Source: Eubacterium sp.
GTDB taxonomy: Bacteria; Bacillota; Clostridia; Lachnospirales; Lachnospiraceae
Assembly (NCBI GenBank): GCA_017623885.1
Contig: JAGAOE010000090.1
Location: 1-41,248 of the forward strand
Direction: 5' to 3'
Length of the DNA: 41,248 bases
Under the pieces are notes generated by a model, which had not been told where the DNA came from, did not search any database, and saw only the letters and a program-made list of their open reading frames with translations. This document shows, in pieces, positions 10,997-18,464 of the stretch (within the stretch, counting starts at the first letter, position 1; the number at the start of each line of letters is the position of its first letter). The position numbers were made by a program, and so were the translations under genes.

Positions 10997-11974
10997 ATGC
11001 TTTTAGATACAAATCAAAATGAGGTACAGCCACAGTTGCTGTTTTTAAATCCGATATTTAAAGAAATGGTCTGGGGAGGAGCGCGCATGGCGGAACAGTT
11101 TGGCTATGAGCTTCCCGGTACAGATACCGGTGAGTGCTGGGGAATCGCAGCGCATCCGAACGGAGATGACACAATACGCGGAGGCATTTACGATGGAATG
11201 AAATTGTCCAGCCTGTGGAACACGCACCGGGAGTTGTTCGGGAATCTGGAGGGAGATCGTTTTCCGCTTTTAATAAAAATCATAGATGCAAAAGAAAATC
11301 TGAGTATTCAGGTACATCCGGACGATGCGCGTGCAGCACGCTATGAGAATGGTTCGCTTGGAAAAACAGAGTGTTGGTATGTACTGGACTGTCCAAAGGA
11401 TGCAACACTGGTTGTCGGACATTATGCCAAGACACGTGAGGAGCTAAAGCAGATGATTCATGAGGGCAGGTGGAATGAATTGATTCGGGAAGTGCCGATT
11501 CAAAAAGGTGATTTCATACAGATTGACCCCGGCACAGTTCATGCGATTACGGCAGGATGTATGATTTTAGAGACGCAACAGAACAGTGATATTACTTATC
11601 GTGTATATGACTATGATCGATTGACAGATGGAAAGCCGCGTGAACTGCATGTGGAACAGAGCATTGCTTCGATATTAGTTCCGGCAAAAAATGCAGATGA
11701 CAGTGTGCGTCACTTGGCAAATCTGGCGCAAAATGAGTGGCACGAGCTGATTGCATGTCCTTATTATCGTGTATTTAAGCTGAATTTAAATGGAAGCTAT
11801 GAGATGAATCAGAGTTATCCGTTTTTAAATGTCAGTGTATTAAATGGGAACGGAAGCCTGAACGGTCAGCCGTTGAAAAAAGGAGAGCATCTGATTATTC
11901 CGGCAAAATACGGAAAAATGAAACTGGAAGGAGAATTGGAATTAGTGGCATCTACGGTAAATGTTGCCAGCTAA
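10997..11974 (+). CDS. manA: Mannose-6-phosphate isomerase, class I
   Basis: VWGG, GECW, FPLLIKIIDA..LSIQVHP, GKTECWY, PGTVHA, ETQQNSDITYRVYDY. Confidence 0.92.
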   Translation: MLLDTNQNEVQPQLLFLNPIFKEMVWGGARMAEQFGYELPGTDTGECWGIAAHPNGDDTIRGGIYDGMKLSSLWNTHRELFGNLEGDRFPLLIKIIDAKENLSIQVHPDDARAARYENGSLGKTECWYVLDCPKDATLVVGHYAKTREELKQMIHEGRWNELIREVPIQKGDFIQIDPGTVHAITAGCMILETQQNSDITYRVYDYDRLTDGKPRELHVEQSIASILVPAKNADDSVRHLANLAQNEWHELIACPYYRVFKLNLNGSYEMNQSYPFLNVSVLNGNGSLNGQPLKKGEHLIIPAKYGKMKLEGELELVASTVNVAS

Positions 11975-12050
11975 AGGGGCGCGAGAGAAGAAATATCGCA
12001 AGCCAGGGGATGAACAGCTACTTATCGAGAATTACTCTCGTTTAAGGGGA

Positions 12051-12079
12051 TTGCCTGAGTGGGTCGAATCTGTTATTCT
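12051..12079 (+). promoter_or_regulatory. Sigma-A promoter of the flavodoxin-DUF3793 unit
   Basis: TTGCCT-17 bp-TATTCT with extended -10 TG. Confidence 0.55.
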
Positions 12080-12086
12080 TATCTAG

Positions 12087-12102
12087 GTTAGTCAAGGCTA
12101 AC
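12087..12102. promoter_or_regulatory. Palindromic operator GTTAG-N6-CTAAC (copy 1)
   Basis: GTTAGtcaaggCTAAC between the -10 and the RBS; the same motif recurs at 13244. Confidence 0.65.
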
Positions 12103-12120
12103 TAGAAGGAGGATAAAAGA

Positions 12121-12552
12121 ATGGATAAGATTTATGTGGTTTATTGGTCACAGACCGGAAATACACAGGCAATGGCAGAAGCAATTGGAAAAGGCATTAC
12201 CGATGCAGGGAAAGAGGCGGCGGTTGTCGGTGTGAATGAAGTTTCTATGGATGAATTAAAGAAAGCGAATGGATTTGCACTGGGATGTCCGGCAATGGGA
12301 GCAGAAGTGCTGGAAGAAATGGAAATGGAACCGTTTGTAAGTGAAGTAGAAGCGTTTGCAGCAGGAAAAACAATTGCACTGTTTGGCTCTTACGGATGGG
12401 GCGACGGACAGTGGATGCGTGACTGGACAGAGAGAATGCAAAGCTGTGGCGCAAACGTATTGGACGGCGAAGGATATATTTGTCAGGAAGCTCCGGATGA
12501 TGATGCGGTAGCAGCATGCGAGGCGATTGGAAAACAGTTAGCAGCATTATAA
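12121..12552 (+). CDS. Short-chain flavodoxin
   Basis: YWSQTGNT FMN-binding loop, LGCPAMG, LFGSYGWG. Confidence 0.95.
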   Translation: MDKIYVVYWSQTGNTQAMAEAIGKGITDAGKEAAVVGVNEVSMDELKKANGFALGCPAMGAEVLEEMEMEPFVSEVEAFAAGKTIALFGSYGWGDGQWMRDWTERMQSCGANVLDGEGYICQEAPDDDAVAACEAIGKQLAAL

Positions 12553-12576
12553 GATGACCGGAAAAGGGAAGGTGCG

Positions 12577-13140
12577 ATGAGAGACAGATTGCTGGAAACG
12601 AAACTGATAGAGCATTGTTCGCCTACGCTCGCGGGTTTGAAATCTGCGGGGCTGTTCAGCTATTTTTTTCAAGACAGGCAGGAAGTTTATGAGGAGTTAT
12701 GTGCTGCCAATGCGCTGTTAAATGAACGAGGGGTATATGTAGAGGCGATGATTTGGAGAACGGAATCCGTGTTGGTTTATGTGTATCGACCGAAAAAATT
12801 ACAGGTCGAATTGAGTCGTCAAGGTGTCATGGATTTGCTGGAAAGATATGGATACGAGGACGATTGCATAGACAACTGTGTGAGACGGCTGAAAAAAAGA
12901 ATACAGAAGGAGGCGTGCTTTCCGCATGAAATTGGTTTGTTTTTGGGATATCCACTCGAAGACGTAGAGGGATTTATCAAAAATAAAGGAAGAAACTGCG
13001 AAAGCTGTGGAATGTGGAAGGTATATTGCAATGCCGGTGAAAAGCAATTGCTCTTTGCAAAATTTAAGAAATGTACGGAAGTATACAAGCAGGTGTTTGG
13101 TGAAGGCAGACAGCTTTTGCAATTGACTGTGGCTACATAG
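12577..13140 (+). CDS. DUF3793-like protein
   Basis: HCSPTLAGLK, FPHEIGLFLGYP.EDV.GFI, WKVY motifs; downstream of flavodoxin. Confidence 0.8.
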   Translation: MRDRLLETKLIEHCSPTLAGLKSAGLFSYFFQDRQEVYEELCAANALLNERGVYVEAMIWRTESVLVYVYRPKKLQVELSRQGVMDLLERYGYEDDCIDNCVRRLKKRIQKEACFPHEIGLFLGYPLEDVEGFIKNKGRNCESCGMWKVYCNAGEKQLLFAKFKKCTEVYKQVFGEGRQLLQLTVAT

Positions 13141-13207
13141 GAGATAGGCGGTTGATATTTTGGGGAAGAAAATATCAATCGCCTGTTTTGATTTTCTTAC
13201 TATGTTC

Positions 13208-13236
13208 TTGACAAAATGAAAGTAGAAGTGTACACT
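13208..13236 (+). promoter_or_regulatory. Sigma-A promoter of the fur-like/fezA/fezB unit
   Basis: TTGACA-17 bp-TACACT preceded by TG. Confidence 0.7.
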
Positions 13237-13243
13237 ATCCATA

Positions 13244-13259
13244 GTTAGATAAAGCTAAC
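13244..13259. promoter_or_regulatory. Palindromic operator GTTAG-N6-CTAAC (copy 2)
   Basis: GTTAGataaagCTAAC begins 8 nt after the end of the -10, same offset as copy 1. Confidence 0.65.
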
Positions 13260-13297
13260 GAGAGATAGGAGGAACGAAGGAAACTTCGGAACAACTG

Positions 13298-13759
13298 ATG
13301 GAAAAGAATAGAGCAAAAGCAGATACTTACTATCGGAGAAATGATATACGAAAAGATATTGTAATAAGCAGACTGAGAGAGCGTGGGTGTCGCATTACCA
13401 AACAGCGTCAATTACTGCTTGATGTGATATTGGAAGAGGAATGTGCGAGCTGCAAAGAGATGTACTATAAGGCTTGTGCAGTAGATGATTCCATCGGAAT
13501 CGCGACGGTGTACCGTATGGTGAGTATATTGGAAGATATTGGTGCATTTAGCAGAAAAAATATGTATAAGATTTCATGTGGCATGAACTGCGACAGAGAA
13601 AATGTGTGTACGATTGAATTTGATGACCATACATATTGCCAGCTTAACGCAAAAAACTGGTACAAAGTCATCTCGGAAGGCTTGCGTGTGTGCGGATATT
13701 ATCAGGGGAAGAAAATTTCGAGTGTGGAAGTCGATTCGTGCAGCAGAACGTGCGGTTAA
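13298..13759 (+). CDS. Atypical Fur-family regulator (Fur winged-helix N-terminus, Cys-rich C-terminus)
   Basis: LRERGCRITKQR and IGIATVYRMV..LEDIG are Fur DNA-binding motifs; no HHxH-CxxC metal site. Confidence 0.75.
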   Translation: MEKNRAKADTYYRRNDIRKDIVISRLRERGCRITKQRQLLLDVILEEECASCKEMYYKACAVDDSIGIATVYRMVSILEDIGAFSRKNMYKISCGMNCDRENVCTIEFDDHTYCQLNAKNWYKVISEGLRVCGYYQGKKISSVEVDSCSRTCG

Positions 13760-13880
13760 TGAGAAAAAATATCAACAAACAAAAAGTATTAGAAATCGTT
13801 ACAGGAGATGCTTTATAATGGAAAAAATGTAACTGTGTGGATCGAAACAGTTACGGAAAAATAACAAAGGGGGATATGAA

Positions 13881-14195
13881 ATGCTGAATATCATAAAATT
13901 AATTAATGTGAAAAAAACCGGAATTTTTGCTGCAGGAGTGCTGTTTGGAACAGCCGGATTAAAGGTATTATCCAGCAAAGATGCAAAAAAAGTATATACA
14001 AACTGTACAGCGGCGGTTCTTCGTGCGAAAGACTGTGTACTGAATACGGTCAGCAGCATTCAGGAGAATGCAGAAGATATTTACGCAGAAGCACAGCAGA
14101 TAAATGAGGAGCGTGCAGCACAAGAGGTAGAAATCGAAGACGAGATCGAAGAAAAAGCTTCCTTCAAAGAAGTAGAGGAAGAAACAGAAGAATAG
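13881..14195 (+). CDS. Small membrane protein with GxxxG helix and acidic tail (DUF6110-like; FezA-like)
   Basis: GIFAAGVLFGTAG hydrophobic segment, ENAEDIYAEA motif, Glu-rich C-terminus; directly upstream of the P1B-6 ATPase. Confidence 0.7.
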   Translation: MLNIIKLINVKKTGIFAAGVLFGTAGLKVLSSKDAKKVYTNCTAAVLRAKDCVLNTVSSIQENAEDIYAEAQQINEERAAQEVEIEDEIEEKASFKEVEEETEE

Positions 14196-14202
14196 AAAGC
14201 GT

Positions 14203-14240
14203 AACACCTGTGGGAAACTGCAGGTGTTTTCGTTAATTTT
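14203..14240 (+). terminator. Hairpin with interrupted T-tract between the fezA-like and fezB-like genes
   Basis: AACACCTGTGG-GAAA-CTGCAGGTGTT then TTCGTTAATTTT. Confidence 0.5.
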
Positions 14241-14305
14241 TGATGTCTTTTTTGTTTTATGGGAATGACTATGTTACATGAAAGCGTGAAAGGGCTAAGT
14301 AATAG

Positions 14306-16387
14306 ATGAGATTTAAAATTGAGCATGAAATCAAAGGACGCATGAGAATTCATGTTGTTCAGAAAAAAATATCAATCAAAGAAGCGGATGTGATGCAATA
14401 TTTTTTGCAACAGAGAGAATATGTGACGTCAGTGAAAGTGTATGAGCGAACCGGTGATGTGGCAATTTGTTATCAGAAAGAATCTCGCGAGCAGATCATG
14501 GATGATTTGAAAAAATTTTCGTTTGAAAACATCGCGGTACCGGATCATGTGTGGCAGAATTCAGGAAGAGCAGCCAGCCGCTATTATTGGGATGAGCTGG
14601 TGTGGTATGTTTTGTGCTGGGGCGGCAGAAAACTGTTTCTTCCGATGTCCATCAGACAGGTATGTACGTTAGTAAAAGCCAGTCGCTACATCTGGAAAGG
14701 ATGCTGTGCACTTCGAAAGCGAAAAATAGAGGTGTCGGTGCTGGATGCGACTGCGATTGCGGTATCTGTGCTGCGAAACGATTTCAATACGGCAAGCTCT
14801 GTAATGTTCCTGCTTGGAATCGGTGAAATACTGGAAGAGTGGACGCATAAAAAGTCTGTAGATGATTTGGCGCGCAGTATGTCACTGAATGTGAATAAGG
14901 TATGGATGCTCGCAGACGGAAAGGAAATTCTGACAGATATACAGAAGGTGAAAGCGGACGATGTCGTTGTGATTCACATGGGAAATGTCGTGCCGTTTGA
15001 CGGTGTAGTGGTACAGGGTGCCGGTGCGGTGAATCAGGCATCTATGACCGGTGAATCAATGGCGGTGGCAAAAGAGGTCGGCGGCTATGTGTATGCGGGC
15101 ACGGTATTGGAAGAAGGCGAGATTTGCGTTCGCGTAAAAGAGACTGCCGGAGCAAACCGTTATGAGAAAATAGTTTCGATGATAGAAGAGACCGAAAAAT
15201 TAAAATCGGCGATGGAAGGTCAGGCAGAGCACTTGGCAGACAAGCTGGTGCCGTACACACTGCTCGGAACCGGACTTGTATATCTTTTGACACGAAATGC
15301 GACAAAGGCATTGTCTGTATTGATGGTAGATTTTTCATGTGCATTAAAATTGGCGATGCCGATTGCGGTATTATCAGCGATTCGAGAAGCCAGCACACAT
15401 CAGATTACAGTAAAAGGCGGCAGATTTTTAGAGCAGGTGGAAGCGGCAGATACGATTGTATTTGACAAGACGGGAACACTCACAAATGCGACACCGACTG
15501 TAGTTGATGTGATTCCTTTTGTAGATGAAAATCCGGATGAATTGTTGCGTATCGCAGCATGTCTGGAGGAGCATTTTCCGCATTCGATGGCACGCGCAGT
15601 TGTAAACGCAGCGTTGGAGCGCGGTTTGACACATGAAGAAAAACATTCACGCGTAGAATATATTGTTGCGCACGGCATCTCGTCTACGGTAGATGGCAAA
15701 AAAGTAGTAATTGGCAGCTACCATTTTGTGTTCGAAGATGAAAGCTGCACGATACCGGCTGGCAAAGAAGCGTTGTTTGCAGAATTACCGGAGGCGTATT
15801 CACATCTGTATCTGGCAGTCGAGGGAGAATTAGTCGCGGTTATTTGTATTGAAGACCCGCTTAGAAAAGAATCAGCAGGTGCAGTGCAGGCATTGAAAGA
15901 AGCAGGATTTTCAAAGATTGTTATGATGACCGGAGACAGTGAAAAGATTGCAAAGACGATTGCCGGAAGAGTAGGCGTTGATGAATATTACGCGGAAGTG
16001 TTGCCGGAACAGAAAGCGCAGTATGTAGAACAGCAAAAGGCACTCGGAAGAAAAGTGGTGATGGTCGGAGACGGTATCAATGATTCGCCGGCGCTTTCGA
16101 CAGCAGATGTGGGAATCGCCATCAATGACGGTGCGCAAATCGCGCGGGAAATCGCTGATATTACGATTGATGCGGGCAGTCTGCATGAGCTGGTGACACT
16201 TAAGCAAATCAGCAACGGACTTGCAAAGCGTGTGAAAGGAAATTATCGCAAGATCATGGGAATCAACTCAGCGCTCATTTTGCTGGGCGTGAGCGGCCTT
16301 GTTCAGCCGACAGCATCCGCATTGATACATAATGCATCGACACTGGCGATTAGCCTGAACAGCATGAAGGATTTATTGGAGAAATAA
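14306..16387 (+). CDS. Heavy-metal P1B-type ATPase, P1B-6 subgroup (FezB-like)
   Basis: TGES, DKTGT, GDGINDSPAL P-type motifs; DFSCA in place of CPC; GEILEE; HNAST in the last TM; N-terminal HEIKGRMR Arg-rich motif. Confidence 0.9.
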   Translation: MRFKIEHEIKGRMRIHVVQKKISIKEADVMQYFLQQREYVTSVKVYERTGDVAICYQKESREQIMDDLKKFSFENIAVPDHVWQNSGRAASRYYWDELVWYVLCWGGRKLFLPMSIRQVCTLVKASRYIWKGCCALRKRKIEVSVLDATAIAVSVLRNDFNTASSVMFLLGIGEILEEWTHKKSVDDLARSMSLNVNKVWMLADGKEILTDIQKVKADDVVVIHMGNVVPFDGVVVQGAGAVNQASMTGESMAVAKEVGGYVYAGTVLEEGEICVRVKETAGANRYEKIVSMIEETEKLKSAMEGQAEHLADKLVPYTLLGTGLVYLLTRNATKALSVLMVDFSCALKLAMPIAVLSAIREASTHQITVKGGRFLEQVEAADTIVFDKTGTLTNATPTVVDVIPFVDENPDELLRIAACLEEHFPHSMARAVVNAALERGLTHEEKHSRVEYIVAHGISSTVDGKKVVIGSYHFVFEDESCTIPAGKEALFAELPEAYSHLYLAVEGELVAVICIEDPLRKESAGAVQALKEAGFSKIVMMTGDSEKIAKTIAGRVGVDEYYAEVLPEQKAQYVEQQKALGRKVVMVGDGINDSPALSTADVGIAINDGAQIAREIADITIDAGSLHELVTLKQISNGLAKRVKGNYRKIMGINSALILLGVSGLVQPTASALIHNASTLAISLNSMKDLLEK

Positions 16388-16424
16388 AATGATGATTATC
16401 AGATGGTGAAAGGAGGAAAACTAC

Positions 16425-16505
16425 ATGAAACAGCATAGATTTTGGGCTTGGGCGATGGTATTTTGTGCAGTGATGGTATTTTACACCGGATACAAGCACA
16501 AATAA
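16425..16505 (+). CDS. 26-aa hydrophobic microprotein MKQHRFWAWAMVFCAVMVFYTGYKHK (absent from the ORF track)
   Basis: AAAGGAGG RBS 8 nt before ATG; single TM-like helix flanked by basic residues; 37 nt after the ATPase stop. Confidence 0.65.
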   Translation: MKQHRFWAWAMVFCAVMVFYTGYKHK

Positions 16506-16540
16506 GCGATGCGAAAGTCGATAAAAATGTCGGGAAAGAC

Positions 16541-16569
16541 TTGACAAATTCATGTATCGATTTTATAAT
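16541..16569 (+). promoter_or_regulatory. Consensus sigma-A promoter of the T-box leader
   Basis: TTGACA-17 bp-TATAAT. Confidence 0.9.
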
Positions 16570-16584
16570 TCAAAAAAACATATA

Positions 16585-16895
16585 GAAACCGTTGAAGCGG
16601 AGATAACGGCAATGATGCCTTTACAGAGAGCCTGTGATGCTGAGATGCAGGTGAGAAACAAGTTGTCAAATGGACCGCTGAGGGCGCAGTCAAAGGAAAC
16701 GCGAGGCATACTTGAGTTCTGAGTATACTGTGACGTGCAGACATACGTTAGTTGTCAGGGATATGTTAGTATCCTGTGAGTGCATAGGGTTTCCCTATGA
16801 ATGCAAGGTGGTACCGCGGATAGCAAGCATCAGATTGTATCTATTTGAACCTATTCGTCCTTGACAGAAACGACACTTCTGTCAAGGACTTTTTT
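16585..16895 (+). ncRNA. T-box riboswitch, tryptophan specifier
   Basis: Stem I with AGAGA box and GCTGAGA loop; specifier TGG at 16671-16673; T-box AAGGTGGTACCGCGG at 16805-16819; terminator GTCCTTGACAGAA...TTCTGTCAAGGAC-TTTTTT at 16857-16895; upstream of trpB. Confidence 0.92.
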
Positions 16896-16896
16896 G

Positions 16897-16954
16897 TTTC
16901 ATAGGAAAGACCTTGTTGCATCAAAGTGTAAAAGTGACGAGCTTTCCTATGAAA
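16897..16954 (+). repeat. 58-bp palindromic intergenic element, copy A
   Basis: TTTCATAGGAAAG...CTTTCCTATGAAA; the inverted repeat extends to 19 bp (16891-16909 / 16942-16960). Confidence 0.9.
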
Positions 16955-17054
16955 CAAAAACGCTCCGCGAGGATCGCACTGCGGCGGAAAAGAAGTATGT
17001 CGCTTGTCGCGACCCGCCGCAGGCGGAGAATCTCGCAAGCGAGATTCTTTGTTC
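16955..17054 (+). repeat. Structured ~100-nt tail of element A
   Basis: Series of short GC hairpins (CGC-tcc-GCG, CCGCC-gca-GGCGG, AGAATCTCGC-aa-GCGAGATTCT) ending in TTTGTTC; same layout as 35007-35108 on the minus strand. Confidence 0.6.
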
Positions 17055-17112
17055 TTTCATGGGAAAGATCTTGTGGTATTAAAGCACGAAAGTATAGTGC
17101 TTTTCTATGAAA
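17055..17112 (+). repeat. 58-bp palindromic element, degenerate copy A2
   Basis: TTTCATGGGAAAGATCTTGT...CTTTTCTATGAAA, same length as the other copies. Confidence 0.75.
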
Positions 17113-17146
17113 CCGAAAAAAGTACATGACGGAACAACCAATCGGA

Positions 17147-17174
17147 TAAATAATTGCAGAAAAATATCCGATAA
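17147..17174 (+). promoter_or_regulatory. Candidate sigma-28 (FliA/SigD) promoter upstream of trpB
   Basis: TAAA-16 bp-TCCGATAA, 27 nt before the trpB ATG. Confidence 0.5.
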
Positions 17175-17201
17175 CAATTATAGAATGTGGAGGAGAAAAC
17201 A

Positions 17202-18419
17202 ATGAACATGAACAACGTGAATTTTGAAACCTATTTTAAAAACTATCCGGATGAAAATGGCTATTTTGGAAAGTACGGCGGCTCTTATGTATCAAAGGAG
17301 TTGCAGACTGCCATGAACGAAATTAATGATGCGTATCAGACCATTTGCAAATCTAGAAAATTTATTAGCGAGCTGCGCCGTATCCGCAAAGAATTTCAGG
17401 GAAGACCGACTCCGATTTCTTATTTGGAGAGACTCTCAGGCAAACTTGGAAATGCACAGCTTTATGTAAAGAGAGAAGATTTGAACCATACCGGTGCTCA
17501 CAAGCTGAATCATTGTATGGGAGAAGTCCTGCTTGCAAAATACATGGGCAAAAAGAAGGTTATTGCTGAGACCGGTGCAGGTCAGCACGGTGTGGCACTT
17601 GCGACAGCAGCGGCTTACTTTGGACTGGATTGTGACATCTATATGGGTGCAGTCGATGTGAAAAAGCAGGCACCGAACGTGGCAAGAATGAAAATTCTCG
17701 GTGCGCGTGTCGTAGAAGTAACAGACGGTATGCAGACGATGAAAGAGGCAGTAGATGCTGCATTCTTAGCATACAGTAAAGAATATAAAGATGCAATTTA
17801 TTGTATCGGTTCGGTAGTAGGTCCGCATCCGTTCCCGATGATGGTACGTGATTTCCAGAGTGTCGTAGGAATTGAGGCACGTGAGCAGTTTCTGGAGATG
17901 ACAGGTGAGCTGCCGGATGCAGTCGTAGCTTGTGTCGGTGGCGGATCAAATGCGATGGGACTGTTTTCCGGTTTCTTAAATGATCCGGTAGAGATTTATG
18001 GAGTAGAGCCGTTGGGACGCGGTGCGACACTTGGCGATCATGCAGCAAGTCTTGCATACGGAGAAGAGGGCGTGATGCATGGATTTAACAGTATCATGTT
18101 AAAGGATGAGAACGGAGAACCGGCACCGGTTTACTCTGTAGCAAGCGGTCTGGATTACCCGTCATCAGGTCCGGAGCATGCATTTTTGCATGACATCGGA
18201 CGTATCAAGTATGATGTCGTAAATGATGATGAAACAATAGAGGCATTTTTCGAATTATCCAGATTAGAAGGAATTATTCCTGCCATCGAAAGCTCACATG
18301 CAGTCGCATATGGTATGAAGCTGGCAAAACAGATGGGAAGAGGTTCTGTTCTTATTAACTTGTCCGGAAGAGGCGACAAGGATATGGATTATGTAATCGA
18401 GCACTACGGCATTCGCTAA
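17202..18419 (+). CDS. trpB: Tryptophan synthase beta chain (stand-alone)
   Basis: [15 protein letters not shown] lysine, [48 protein letters not shown]; ATG 17202 after GGAGG. Confidence 0.97.
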   Translation: MNMNNVNFETYFKNYPDENGYFGKYGGSYVSKELQTAMNEINDAYQTICKSRKFISELRRIRKEFQGRPTPISYLERLSGKLGNAQLYVKREDLNHTGAHKLNHCMGEVLLAKYMGKKKVIAETGAGQHGVALATAAAYFGLDCDIYMGAVDVKKQAPNVARMKILGARVVEVTDGMQTMKEAVDAAFLAYSKEYKDAIYCIGSVVGPHPFPMMVRDFQSVVGIEAREQFLEMTGELPDAVVACVGGGSNAMGLFSGFLNDPVEIYGVEPLGRGATLGDHAASLAYGEEGVMHGFNSIMLKDENGEPAPVYSVASGLDYPSSGPEHAFLHDIGRIKYDVVNDDETIEAFFELSRLEGIIPAIESSHAVAYGMKLAKQMGRGSVLINLSGRGDKDMDYVIEHYGIR

Positions 18420-18464
18420 GCGAGGCTTACTGTGTCAGCAGTGTGAGGTGAAAGGGGGAAAACT

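Noticed and set aside
13759-13818. 19-codon ORF (MRKNINKQKVLEIVTGDAL) overlapping the fur-like stop codon
   Set aside because: No RBS and no recognisable features; plausible by chance in AT-rich DNA
16425-16505. Trp-containing small ORF as a trp attenuator leader peptide
   Set aside because: It lies upstream of the TTGACA/TATAAT promoter, so it is not on the trpB transcript; the T-box already explains Trp control
16783-16802. CATAGGG-tt-TCCCTATGAA in the T-box leader as another repeat copy
   Set aside because: It sits where T-box stem III is expected and the similarity is short enough to be coincidental
16897-17112. Two repeat copies about 100 bp apart as a mini CRISPR array
   Set aside because: Only two degenerate units, repeat and spacer too long, spacer itself structured, and no cas genes
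16841-17202. ORF-track entries across the trpB leader and at 34981-35318 with shared FHRK/SYETK peptides
   Set aside because: The shared peptides are translations of the 58-bp repeat, not a protein family
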